Source: an uncultured Candidatus Saccharibacteria bacterium (GTDB taxonomy: Bacteria > Patescibacteriota > Saccharimonadia > Saccharimonadales > CAZDQS01). Taken from it: DNA of 64,000 bases. The translations under genes were made by a program, and so were the position numbers. The notes beneath the pieces are model-generated. The model saw only the letters and a program-made list of their open reading frames with translations. It had not been told where the DNA came from and did no database searches. This document shows, piece after piece, positions 51,187 to 60,240 of the stretch (positions within the stretch are counted from its first letter, which is position 1; the number at the start of each line of letters is the position of its first letter). The stretch is from assembly GCA_964507855.1 (NCBI GenBank), contig CAZDQS010000001.1, positions 166,121 through 230,120 of the forward strand. The letters are read 5' to 3'.

Positions 51187-53055
51187 ATGGATAAAAAACC
51201 GTTTCGTATGAACAATAAAGGTAAACGAGGGGGGCAGCGCAACTTCAAGAACGCTGGCTTCATCGCCCTGCTGCTATTGTTTGGAATGGTTATTTTTGCT
51301 GCCTTCAACCAGCCAAGCAACCTTGAAGAGATACCGTTCTCGCGAGTAGTCCAGGAGGCGAATGAGGGCGAGTACCAAAAGATTGTTGTCAGCGGAAGTC
51401 GGCTTGAAATCACTGAGAAGGGCGAGGACCAGCCGACTCTTGAATCTATCCGTGACCCGGAAGAGAGCCTGACCGAAGCCGGTATTGACCCGACACAAGT
51501 TGAAGTGCAGCACACGCCAGCATCAAGTGCCGGATCAACGTGGGCACAGGTCGGCTTGTCTCTGTTGCCGGTACTGATTATTAGTCTCGTGCTGTTCTTT
51601 ATGCTTCGCAGTGCCCAAGGGCAGGGCAACCAGGCGCTATCATTCGGCAAGAGTCGTGCGCGACTGTACGGTAATGAGAAAGAAAAAGTTACCTTCAAGA
51701 CAATCGCCGGTAGCGATGAGGCCAAGCAGGACTTGCAGGAAATTGTCGAGTTCTTAAAGTATCCGAAGAAGTTCGAGAGTATTGGCGCGCGTATACCGAA
51801 GGGTGTCTTGTTGGTGGGCCCGCCAGGAACCGGTAAGACCATGCTGGCCCGCGCGGTGGCTGGCGAGGCGAACGCGCCGTTCTTCAGTATTTCCGGTTCG
51901 GAGTTTGTTGAGATGTTCGTCGGTGTCGGCGCCAGTCGGGTGCGTGATCTGTTTGCCCGCGCTAAGAAGAATTCACCGTGTATTATCTTTATCGACGAGA
52001 TTGACGCCGTTGGGCGTCGACGCGGCTCTGGCATGGGTGGCGGCCATGATGAGCGCGAGCAGACACTGAACCAGATTTTGGTGGAGATGGATGGGTTTGA
52101 GCAAGGAACAAACGTCATCGTACTGGCGGCGACCAACCGCGCCGATGTGCTTGATCCAGCATTGCTTCGCCCCGGCCGGTTTGACCGCCGCGTCAACATC
52201 GGCTTGCCGGATCGCCAGGACCGCTTGGCAATCCTGAAGATCCACTTCGAGAAAAAGCCGCTTGCTAAGAATGTTGACCTTGACGCCCTGGCTGCCAAGA
52301 CAGCTGGTTCTTCCGGTGCGGACCTTGGCAATATTGCTAACGAGGCGGCAATTATTGCAGCCCGGCACAACCGCAAAGAGATTACCCAGGACGACATTAC
52401 GTCGGCATTCGAAAAGGTCGCAATTGGTCCGGAGCGTAAGTCCAAGGTCATGAGCGAGAAGGAGAAGGAGCTGACCGCTTACCATGAGGCAGGGCACGCG
52501 ATTGTCGGCCATGTTTTGCCGGACAGCGATATGGTTCATAAGGTGACCATTATTCCGCGCGGTGGTACCGGCGGTGTGACTTGGTTTATCCCACCTGAAG
52601 ACAAGAGCTACCATTCAGTTATCGAATACAAGGACGTGTTGGCGCGTATGCTGGGCGGCCGGATTGCCGAAGAAGTCATTTATGGCCCTGACCGAGTTAC
52701 GACTGGTGCTGGCAACGACCTGCAAAAGGCTGCCGAACTGGCACGTGAAATGGTGGTTAATCAGGGCATGGGCAAGAAGCTACGCGATCAAGTATTCCAT
52801 GTCGAAGAAGGCATTATGTTGGAGCGCGTCATGCATGAGCGCCAGTATTCTGATGAAACCGCAAAGATTATTGATGACGAAGTAGAAAGCCTCATTACCG
52901 AAGCTGCTGCGCGGGCTCGTGCGGTCATAAAGGCCAACCGTGCCAAGCTCGAAGAGCTCAAAAACGAGCTGCTGGAGAAAGAAACCGTTGAAGCAGACTA
53001 CGTGCTCAAGATACTGAAGGGCGCCTCTATGCCCAAAGAAGCCGCGCTGTACTAG
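51187..53055 (+). CDS. ftsH: ATP-dependent zinc metalloprotease FtsH
   Basis: Two TM segments, Walker A GPPGTGKT, Walker [12 protein letters not shown], and zinc site HEAGHA. Confidence 0.95.
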   Translation: MDKKPFRMNNKGKRGGQRNFKNAGFIALLLLFGMVIFAAFNQPSNLEEIPFSRVVQEANEGEYQKIVVSGSRLEITEKGEDQPTLESIRDPEESLTEAGIDPTQVEVQHTPASSAGSTWAQVGLSLLPVLIISLVLFFMLRSAQGQGNQALSFGKSRARLYGNEKEKVTFKTIAGSDEAKQDLQEIVEFLKYPKKFESIGARIPKGVLLVGPPGTGKTMLARAVAGEANAPFFSISGSEFVEMFVGVGASRVRDLFARAKKNSPCIIFIDEIDAVGRRRGSGMGGGHDEREQTLNQILVEMDGFEQGTNVIVLAATNRADVLDPALLRPGRFDRRVNIGLPDRQDRLAILKIHFEKKPLAKNVDLDALAAKTAGSSGADLGNIANEAAIIAARHNRKEITQDDITSAFEKVAIGPERKSKVMSEKEKELTAYHEAGHAIVGHVLPDSDMVHKVTIIPRGGTGGVTWFIPPEDKSYHSVIEYKDVLARMLGGRIAEEVIYGPDRVTTGAGNDLQKAAELAREMVVNQGMGKKLRDQVFHVEEGIMLERVMHERQYSDETAKIIDDEVESLITEAAARARAVIKANRAKLEELKNELLEKETVEADYVLKILKGASMPKEAALY

Positions 53056-53080
53056 GTTTAAGTCCTAGATGAATCAAAAA

Positions 53081-53115
53081 CTAAATGAATCCGGAACATC
53101 ACCGGATTCATTTAG
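53081..53115. terminator. bidirectional terminator
   Basis: CTAAATGAATCCGG-AACATCA-CCGGATTCATTTAG, a 14-bp perfect stem between convergent genes. Confidence 0.7.
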
Positions 53116-53486
53116 TTAGTGGCACTTTTTGAAGTGACGGTGCAGGTAAAGTCATGTATCCGTACCGGTGGTGTCTGTAGCTCTTCTCCCGGCAGTGCTT
53201 CGTCTGTGGTGTCGAGACTGCCCAGGAGATTTCCGGTAGCATCGTAGTAGTGACTTTCGGCTATATAACCGCCGCTGCCGGTCACTATGTAAACGCGCTC
53301 GTCCCCCTTGGTGCACGATTCAACACTGGCGCCGGCGCTGTCTTTGTACTTGTCGCTTAGCTCGTGGAACTTTGTCTGGGCCGCTCCTGGAACGCCGCCG
53401 CTCGGCCGGAAAAGATACCAAAAGATTGCAGCCAGTACAATAAGTCCAAGTGCGAGACTAGCGCGAATGCGAGGATTTTGTAGCAT
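53112..53486 (-). CDS. hypothetical membrane-anchored protein
   Basis: N-terminal TM helix and a small extracytoplasmic domain with 2 Cys. Confidence 0.45.
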   Translation of the reverse strand: MLQNPRIRASLALGLIVLAAIFWYLFRPSGGVPGAAQTKFHELSDKYKDSAGASVESCTKGDERVYIVTGSGGYIAESHYYDATGNLLGSLDTTDEALPGEELQTPPVRIHDFTCTVTSKSATN

Positions 53487-53692
53487 ATTATGCGTATTGT
53501 ACCGCTTATGGTGACGGCAGTGTCAAGTTGCATAATTTCTTGACGACATGCTGGCTATGAAAGGCGGGCTCAATTATACTAAAACAAGCATGCACGTCGT
53601 TTGCCGCTCCCTAAGTAGTCTCTGGCTGGGGCTCTATGATTGGGTTATTACAATGGCGTCTTGGCAATACATTGATAGAGGATAGTGCTTAG

Positions 53693-55276
53693 ATGAAACG
53701 TGTTCTGAATCGGGCAAATCAGCGGGCATCACTTGGTGGTGCTGCTACGCTGCTTATTGCTGTCACGTTGCTGGGGCAGGGGCTTGGCTTCTTGCGCAAC
53801 CGTCTCATCAGCACTAACTTCACTCAATATGATCCGGGCAGTTCGGATGCATTCTTTGTTGCCTTTCAGATCCCTGACTTTTTCTACTACACGATTGCCG
53901 CCGGCGCATTGGGCGTGGCGTTTATTCCTTTTCTGTCCGACAAGCTTGAGCGCGGCGATCGCAAAGGCTTGTGGTCGCTGGCGAACAGTTTGCTCAATAC
54001 TTTGGCATTGGCCATGGGGCTGGTGGCGGTGGTTATATTTGTCTTTGCTGAGCCGCTTATCCATACTCTCGCGCCTAATTTGCCGCCGGACCATTTGCAT
54101 GAGGCGGTTGTGATGATGCGTCTGCTGGCCCTCAACCCGCTATTTTTCACCCTATCAGGCATCCTAAACAGCATCCAGCAGACGTACGGCAGATTCTTTT
54201 TTTACGCGATTGCGCCGCTGTTTTATAACGTATCGATAATTGTGAGCGTGTATCTGTTCAAGGATAACATTGGGGTTATTGGCCTTGGTATCGGTGCGTT
54301 GGCTGGCGGGTTTCTGCAGTTGGTGGTTGCTTGTTTTGGCCTTGCTGGCTTGGGCTTTCGATACCGGCCACGCATTAGCTGGAAGAGCGATGACTTCAAG
54401 GCGGTGCTCCGACAGTTGCCTCCTCGTTCACTTGACCAAGGCATTGACCAGATAAACAGCATTGTTGAGACTAACCGCGCCCAGGCGCTCGGTGTCGGTC
54501 CGGTCAGTTGGTATAACTACGCTATGACGCTGCACTTTGTGCCGATTATGTTGCTCGGCAACTCGATTGCAATTGCAGCGTTTCCGCGCCTCACCGAGCG
54601 GCTGAGCCAGAATCGTCCGGATTTGTTTCGGCGTGATTTTTTGGCAATTCTGCGCACAATGTTGTGGCTTGCGATGCCGGTTATTGTGATTGCCTATTTT
54701 GCTCGTGGATACCTCGCTCGCATTATCTTTGGTAGCGTGGCGCCGGAAGTGGCGCTTATCTTCGGCTTCCTCACAGCCGCAATCTTATTCCGTATCATCT
54801 ACGCGATGTTGTCCCGGTATTTTTACGCCCAGAAAGACACCATGACACCGCTTATTGTTTCTATATTCGCAATAGCACTTAACATCTTGCTTGCGTTTCG
54901 GTTGGCCCGGCCTGAGGCCTATGGGATCTCGGGGCTTGCCTTGGCACAATCGATTGTTGCTATGAGCGAAGTCGCGGTACTGTTCTCGATCATGTTGTAT
55001 CGTGACCGCAAACTGTTTGACAAGCAGTTCTGGGGCGGGGTGGTGCGGATATTATCGGTGACCGGCTTTAGTTTGGTCGCGGCCTATCTCATGGTGTCTG
55101 TGTTCCCGCTTACGATCAGTGATCGCGGGTTTATTACCCTAGGCACCAAGCTTGGCTTAATTACAGCTGCTACGCTTTCTGTGCATGTGCTGCTCTCGTG
55201 GATATTTGGCCTGGAAGAAGTGCGCCCAGTATTCCAAAAGACCAAGCAATTGATACTCAAACCCATCCGAATCTGA
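53693..55276 (+). CDS. murJ: lipid II flippase MurJ (MviN family)
   Basis: About 14 TM segments; N-terminus LLGQGLGFLRNRLIS..F......DAFFVAFQIPDF. Confidence 0.85.
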   Translation: MKRVLNRANQRASLGGAATLLIAVTLLGQGLGFLRNRLISTNFTQYDPGSSDAFFVAFQIPDFFYYTIAAGALGVAFIPFLSDKLERGDRKGLWSLANSLLNTLALAMGLVAVVIFVFAEPLIHTLAPNLPPDHLHEAVVMMRLLALNPLFFTLSGILNSIQQTYGRFFFYAIAPLFYNVSIIVSVYLFKDNIGVIGLGIGALAGGFLQLVVACFGLAGLGFRYRPRISWKSDDFKAVLRQLPPRSLDQGIDQINSIVETNRAQALGVGPVSWYNYAMTLHFVPIMLLGNSIAIAAFPRLTERLSQNRPDLFRRDFLAILRTMLWLAMPVIVIAYFARGYLARIIFGSVAPEVALIFGFLTAAILFRIIYAMLSRYFYAQKDTMTPLIVSIFAIALNILLAFRLARPEAYGISGLALAQSIVAMSEVAVLFSIMLYRDRKLFDKQFWGGVVRILSVTGFSLVAAYLMVSVFPLTISDRGFITLGTKLGLITAATLSVHVLLSWIFGLEEVRPVFQKTKQLILKPIRI

Positions 55277-55302
55277 GCGACCTCTGTTATAATGCCACGG
55301 AC

Positions 55303-57084
55303 ATGGACCAGTCACGTATCAGAAATTTTTGTATTATTGCGCATATTGACCACGGCAAGTCGACGTTGGCCGACAGGCTGTTGGAGCTAACTGGCACGGT
55401 CGCGCAGCGGGAGATGAAGGCACAGCTCCTGGACAAGATGGACTTGGAGCGCGAAAAGGGCATCACGATTAAGCTGACGCCCGTACAGATGCGCTATCAA
55501 GACTATGAGCTGAACTTGATAGATACGCCCGGTCATGTGGACTTCAGCTATGAAGTGTCGCGCAGCCTTGAGGCGTGCGAGGGGGCGATTTTGGTGGTTG
55601 ACGCTACCCAGGGTATTCAAGCTCAGACACTTGCCAATGTGTATCTGGCTATGGGTGCTGACCTGACCATTATCCCGGTCTTGAACAAAATTGATCTGCC
55701 GGCTGCTGACGTGGAGCGGGTAAGCGGCGAGGTTATGAGCTTGCTCGGCTGCAAGAAAGAGGACATTTTGCTTATTTCCGCCAAGACAGGTCTGGGTGTC
55801 GAGACTGTACTGGAACGGGTTGTTGCTGACGTGCCGCCGCCTTCTGGCAAGACGGATGAGTCGGCGCGGGCGCTTATTTTTGACAGTTATTATGATGATT
55901 ACCGCGGTGTCATTCTCTATGTTCGCATGGTTGATGGCGCGATTGGAAAAAATGACAATATCCACATGATGTCTGCCGGCTCAAGCGGGATCGCCCTGGA
56001 AGTTGGTGCGCTTAGGCCTGAAATGGCACCGCTCCCCGCACTCCAGACGGGCGAGATTGGCTATATTGTCACCAACCTCAAGTCTACCCGCGAGGCGAGA
56101 GTCGGCGATACGGTCACGCTGGTCAAACAACCAGCCGCTCATCCCTTGCCGGGCTATCAGGACGTGAAGCCGTTTGTCTATGCCGGCTTCTTCCCGGACA
56201 GTAATGAGAATTACCAGTTGCTGAAAGAGGCGATTGAGAAGCTGTCACTCAGTGACTCAGCCTTGCAGTTTGCGCCTGAGAATTCGCCGGTACTTGGCTT
56301 TGGCGTGCGCATTGGATTCCTCGGCCTGCTGCACATGGACATCGTGCGCGAGCGGCTGGAGCGTGAATACGGGCTGGATCTGGTCGTCACCAACCCCTCG
56401 ACAGACTACCAGGTGGTGCTGGTGAATGGTGATGAGCTGAATATTAAATCTGCGGCGGAGTTGCCCGATGTTGCTAAAGTGGCTGAAATCCACGAGCCGT
56501 GGATCAACGGCGAGGTGGTCGTGCCGAAGGATTATGTCGGTGGGGTCATTCAGCTCATTGTTAGCAAGCGCGGGCGGCAGAAGAACTTAAGTTTTGTTGA
56601 TGCACAATTGGCGCTCGTTACATTCGAGGCGCCTCTCGCTAATTTGCTGACTGATTTTTATGACCAGCTCAAGAGCATCACGTCCGGGTACGGATCGTTT
56701 AATTATGAGCTGGCTGATTACCGGGCAGAAGATTTGGTGCGGCTTGACTTCTATGTTGCCGGAGAAATGGTTAGCGCGTTAAGTATTATGGTGCACCGTA
56801 GCGAGGCCCAGAGTGTTGGGCGTGAGACAGTTGCGAAGCTCAAGGAGGTTATTCCCCGTCAGAACTTCCAGGTGGCGCTGCAAGCGGCTGTGGGCGGCAA
56901 GTTCATTGCACGTGAAGACATCAGCGCTTTCCGCAAAGACGTGACAACCGGCCTTTACGGCGGCGACGTATCCCGCAAAAAGAAGGTCCTTGCCAAGCAG
57001 GCAAAAGGCAAGAAGCGCATGAAGCGGTTCGGCAAAGTAGACATCCCCGCCGAAGCTTTTACAGTGCTACTGAAAAGGGATTAA
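55303..57084 (+). CDS. lepA: elongation factor 4 (LepA)
   Basis: IRNFCIIAHIDHGKSTLADRLLE, DTPGHVDF, NKID, C-terminal LepA_C. The track start at 55198 lies inside murJ and was rejected. Confidence 0.95.
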   Translation: MDQSRIRNFCIIAHIDHGKSTLADRLLELTGTVAQREMKAQLLDKMDLEREKGITIKLTPVQMRYQDYELNLIDTPGHVDFSYEVSRSLEACEGAILVVDATQGIQAQTLANVYLAMGADLTIIPVLNKIDLPAADVERVSGEVMSLLGCKKEDILLISAKTGLGVETVLERVVADVPPPSGKTDESARALIFDSYYDDYRGVILYVRMVDGAIGKNDNIHMMSAGSSGIALEVGALRPEMAPLPALQTGEIGYIVTNLKSTREARVGDTVTLVKQPAAHPLPGYQDVKPFVYAGFFPDSNENYQLLKEAIEKLSLSDSALQFAPENSPVLGFGVRIGFLGLLHMDIVRERLEREYGLDLVVTNPSTDYQVVLVNGDELNIKSAAELPDVAKVAEIHEPWINGEVVVPKDYVGGVIQLIVSKRGRQKNLSFVDAQLALVTFEAPLANLLTDFYDQLKSITSGYGSFNYELADYRAEDLVRLDFYVAGEMVSALSIMVHRSEAQSVGRETVAKLKEVIPRQNFQVALQAAVGGKFIAREDISAFRKDVTTGLYGGDVSRKKKVLAKQAKGKKRMKRFGKVDIPAEAFTVLLKRD

Positions 57085-57089
57085 ATCCC

Positions 57090-57166
57090 ACAAGCTGGGG
57101 AGAGCAGCCGGAACGGGCGATTTATTCGACCGTCCCGCGCGATGAGAGGGGGCGTCCCCCTCTCAT
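57090..57166 (-). repeat. intergenic structured repeat, copy C (inverted orientation)
   Basis: The reverse complement reads ATGAGAGGGGG-ACG-CCCCCTCTCAT-CGCGCGGGACGGTCGAATAAATCGCCCGTTCCGGCTGCTCTCCCC, about 90% identical to the copy B core. Confidence 0.6.
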
Positions 57167-57179
57167 AAGGCGCAGCCGC

Positions 57180-57224
57180 GACATCCCCGCCGAAGCTTTT
57201 ACGGTACTCTTGAAGCGCGATTAG
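57180..57224 (+). other. displaced second copy of the lepA 3' terminus (DIPAEAFTVLLKRD-stop)
   Basis: 45 nt parallel to 57040-57084: the first 23 nt are identical, followed by 8 substitutions that are all synonymous, ending in TAG. Confidence 0.7.
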
Positions 57225-57317
57225 CAAAAGCAGTAAGTAACATTCTTAACAGACCACATACCAGCTGGCTTGTATGCTGTTGCTGCGGTTATGTAAAATA
57301 GAGAAGGAGATTACCGA

Positions 57318-57725
57318 ATGGATAAGAAGCAGTTTTTTCTCCACAAAGGCAACGCGCGCATCGCTGAAGCAGCATTTATTCTTATTGGTTTATTTTTATT
57401 CGCTGTGATAGGACATGTTGCGATGGGGCGGGCGCAGGACAAGGAGTCTGTGGTGGGTGTGCAGGAGTCGGTTGCTCAGGGACTTGAGGCAAACTTTCCT
57501 ATGACGGCTCGAAACGTACTTGCGCACACAGAAATGAGCGAGCTATCGCCCGTCGAAGTGTCGCCGACATCATCACGCCCAGGAAACAACGAAGATACAG
57601 ATGGGACAAAAGCACGCTCACGGTATCATAACCGTCACACCTCCCGGCGGCCGGTGCAAGTCGAAGATCGATTGCATATTGATGCCCGCTTGCGAGGACG
57701 TCTGGGCTCGAGTGTGCAAAATTGA
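57318..57725 (+). CDS. hypothetical membrane-anchored protein
   Basis: GGAG RBS, one TM helix, basic C-terminus. Confidence 0.4.
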   Translation: MDKKQFFLHKGNARIAEAAFILIGLFLFAVIGHVAMGRAQDKESVVGVQESVAQGLEANFPMTARNVLAHTEMSELSPVEVSPTSSRPGNNEDTDGTKARSRYHNRHTSRRPVQVEDRLHIDARLRGRLGSSVQN

Positions 57726-57747
57726 CGATTTATGTTATAAATATTAC

Positions 57748-58488
57748 ATGAAGGATACCAACACCAACACACTTGTCGCTGATGTGGCGGCGCTACTCGA
57801 TACATACAAACCATCGCAGGAAACGGTAAAGCTTGTCAGGGAGACTCCCGTTACGCTGCTAGTGGGAATTAGCGGGGCGGGAAAAGATACCATCAAACAT
57901 CGCTTACTCGAAATGGGTGAGTATCATCACATAGTGTCACACACTACACGTCAGCCGCGGATGAACGGTGGAGTGCTGGAGCGCGATGGCGAAGACTATC
58001 ACTTCATAGAACTCTCGGCTGCAAAGGCTATGCTCGAGAACGGCGCCTTTGTAGAGGCCAAGATGTATAGCGGTAACGTATATGGTACGAGTGTTAGCGA
58101 AATCCAGGCAGCTCACGATGATGGCAAGATTGCTCTCACGGACATAGAGGTCCAGGGCGTCGCCGAGTATAAGGCGATTTCAAAGGGCGTAATTGCGGTG
58201 TTTATTTTGCCCCCCGATTATGAGTCATGGCAAGAGCGGCTTAAGCGACGTTATGAGGGCGATGCAATTGACCCTGTTGATATGGCAAAGCGCATGCAGA
58301 CAGCTATATTGGAGTTGCAGCTTGCTCTCGAGTCGCCTTACTACCACTTCGTAGTCAATGATGACCTGGAGCAGGCGATTGAGATTGTGCACAAAATTGC
58401 GCATAACAGAGATATCTTTAATGAGAAGGACGCTGAAGTCAGGCAAAAGGCCGAAGAGCTTCTCTCTGCTATAAGGAAATTTGTCTAA
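57748..58488 (+). CDS. gmk: guanylate kinase-family protein with N-terminal extension
   Basis: P-loop GISGAGKDT, SHTTRQPR, YGTS, ILPP motifs. The track start at 57601 was rejected. Confidence 0.65.
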   Translation: MKDTNTNTLVADVAALLDTYKPSQETVKLVRETPVTLLVGISGAGKDTIKHRLLEMGEYHHIVSHTTRQPRMNGGVLERDGEDYHFIELSAAKAMLENGAFVEAKMYSGNVYGTSVSEIQAAHDDGKIALTDIEVQGVAEYKAISKGVIAVFILPPDYESWQERLKRRYEGDAIDPVDMAKRMQTAILELQLALESPYYHFVVNDDLEQAIEIVHKIAHNRDIFNEKDAEVRQKAEELLSAIRKFV

Positions 58489-58502
58489 AACCGTACTGGA
58501 CG

Positions 58503-58529
58503 CTGGCACTCTTGATTCATGAGTGCTAA
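58503..58529. promoter_or_regulatory. CIRCE operator (HrcA site), variant left arm
   Basis: CTGGCACTC-N9-GAGTGCTAA compared with the consensus TTAGCACTC-N9-GAGTGCTAA; lies 28 nt upstream of hrcA. Confidence 0.7.
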
Positions 58530-58556
58530 TACTCTAAACTATCATTAGAGGTTTCT

Positions 58557-59261
58557 ATGACTGAGAGACAGAAAAAAATCCTAGCAGCCATCATCGAGCA
58601 GTATGCCGAGGTTGCCAGTCCGGTCGGTTCCAGCTTGTTAGCCAAGGTATTTGGTGTATCTTCGGCGACTATCCGTGCCGAGATGGCCCACCTTGAAGAA
58701 CTAGGCTACATCATGCAACCGCATACAAGCGCTGGTCGTGTGCCGACAGACAAAGGCTATAGGTTTTATGTTAATAATTTGAATGAAGTTGACGAGACAG
58801 CCATGGAGCGTCGCGCAGAACGGGCCCTGGCTGCCCGCGTCGGTCATGGCGGCGTGCCAGAGCGGATGATTCGTAATGCGGTGGATACACTTGTTGAGCT
58901 TACGCATAATCTGGGCCTGGCGACCATCGGCAACCAGCTCTATATGAGCGGGCTGTCGAATCTTTTCGGCCAGCCGGAATTCATGAACGGCGGTCAGGTA
59001 CGGCAGGTCGCGCAACTGCTCGACAATCTTGAGCCGTGGCTGCATGAGGCGGCGCCGAACGAGCCGCTGAGTGTCTACATCGGCCGCGAGAACCCGATTG
59101 GCCGCTCTGCCGGGGCTACGCTTATTATCAGCCGGTTTCGCAGCCCCTACAGTGACAAGAGTTACATTGGCGTGCTCGGCCCAACCCGCCAGCAGTATCG
59201 TGATGTCATGGGCTTGGTCCAGCATGCCGGCAAAGCACTAGAGGAGGGACTTTATGGCTGA
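58557..59261 (+). CDS. hrcA: heat-inducible transcription repressor HrcA (short form, 234 aa)
   Basis: RQKKILAAIIEQY....PVGS..L.......SSATIR.EMA.LEELGY..QPHTSAGRVPTDKGYRFYV. Confidence 0.85.
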   Translation: MTERQKKILAAIIEQYAEVASPVGSSLLAKVFGVSSATIRAEMAHLEELGYIMQPHTSAGRVPTDKGYRFYVNNLNEVDETAMERRAERALAARVGHGGVPERMIRNAVDTLVELTHNLGLATIGNQLYMSGLSNLFGQPEFMNGGQVRQVAQLLDNLEPWLHEAAPNEPLSVYIGRENPIGRSAGATLIISRFRSPYSDKSYIGVLGPTRQQYRDVMGLVQHAGKALEEGLYG

Positions 59262-59745
59262 AGATAAGAAGCAGCAAAAGGCAAAAAGCAATAAAGAGAT
59301 TGAGGCGTTGCAGCAGCAAATCGCCGATCTAACCGAAGCACTGCAGCGCGAGCGAGCCGATGCGACCAACCTCCGCCGCCGTCACGAAGAGCAGGTTGCT
59401 GGCCTGAAGATTATTGTCAAAGCAAACGTTGTCCGTGAACTGCTACCTGTTATTGACAACCTTGAACGGGCGCTTAAGCATGTGCCAAAGGGCATGGAGG
59501 GCAATGACTACGTCAAAGGCGTGCAGGCAATTGCCAAGCAGTTCGAGAAGACGCTTACCGACATGGGCGTGGAGCGTATCAAGACCGTCGGCGAGCTCTT
59601 CGACCCGCGCTTCCACGAAGCAGTTAGCATGGAAGACAGTGAGGGAGCTGTCGAGGTGGTGAGTGAAGAACTCCAGTCCGGCTATAAGCTTGGTGATGAG
59701 ATTATACGGCACGCTATGGTGCGGGTTCGGATGGAGAATCTGTAG
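59254..59745 (+). CDS. grpE: nucleotide exchange factor GrpE
   Basis: Coiled-coil N-terminus, then DNLERAL...G......F.....G...I...G..FDP..HEA. Confidence 0.9.
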   Translation: MAEDKKQQKAKSNKEIEALQQQIADLTEALQRERADATNLRRRHEEQVAGLKIIVKANVVRELLPVIDNLERALKHVPKGMEGNDYVKGVQAIAKQFEKTLTDMGVERIKTVGELFDPRFHEAVSMEDSEGAVEVVSEELQSGYKLGDEIIRHAMVRVRMENL

Positions 59746-59963
59746 TGGAAGTTCCTCATGGACCTATTCCACCCGACATGGAACGGGTCTGGACCGTAGA
59801 TCCCGATGATGCTGTGCGAAGACTTGAGATTAGGGCGGGCCAAATGTATGACCCTGTCTCTTACTTGGATGCTCTGGAAGACAGAGGCGGTGTAAGCCGA
59901 GAAGAAGTGGAGGCCCTGAAGCGGAAGTTCCGCGGTGAGACAGAGCCTGACATGTATGCATGA
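59745..59963 (+). CDS. small acidic hypothetical protein (72 aa) inside the heat-shock operon
   Basis: GTG start overlaps the grpE stop (TAGTG). Composition is protein-like; no family recognised. Confidence 0.4.
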   Translation: MEVPHGPIPPDMERVWTVDPDDAVRRLEIRAGQMYDPVSYLDALEDRGGVSREEVEALKRKFRGETEPDMYA

Positions 59964-60153
59964 CATGGATTATTGGCACTCTTGACCAAGGTCAAGACTA
60001 CCAGCCCAAACCGCTCCTTGCCTGTCTGGCACGGCCTATCTCACTGCTTTTTCCTCCAGTCCAGCTTCAGCGTAGCTACAGCTACGCTTTGCTCAGGGCT
60101 TCAGAAAAATCAGCAAGCTAGACCATCCCAGGCAACCAATGAACTAGTTTGAA

Positions 60154-60227
60154 CTGGCACTCTTGACCTTTGACTGCTAATTTTTTATGCTAGAATTGTA
60201 TTAGCACTCAAACAACCTATCTGCTAA
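60154..60227. promoter_or_regulatory. two CIRCE-like operators flanking the dnaK promoter region
   Basis: CTGGCACTC-N9-GACTGCTAA at 60154-60180 and TTAGCACTC-N9-ATCTGCTAA at 60201-60227. TTGACC and TATGCT/TAGAAT hexamers lie between them. Confidence 0.55.
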
Positions 60228-60240
60228 ATGAAAGGGTAAT

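Noticed and set aside
51147-52451. 434-aa minus-strand ORF antisense to ftsH. Similar long antisense ORFs occur at 21487-22296, 36656-37288, 5750-6412 and 16815-17117.
   Set aside because: These are shadow ORFs opposite strongly conserved genes. They are Ser/Arg/Pro-rich, and no motif is recognised.
58504-58520. TGGCAC hexamers at 58504, 59974 and 60155 as possible sigma-54 (-24) promoter elements.
   Set aside because: No TTGC -12 element lies at the required spacing. The hexamer is the left arm of CIRCE-type inverted repeats, and no sigma-54 or bEBP gene was seen.
59960-60127. 55-aa ORF (MTWIIGTLDQGQDY...) starting in an ATGA overlap with the 72-aa ORF.
   Set aside because: It has no RBS and poor composition, and it spans a CIRCE half-site and hairpins. 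It is probably non-coding operon-internal regulatory sequence.
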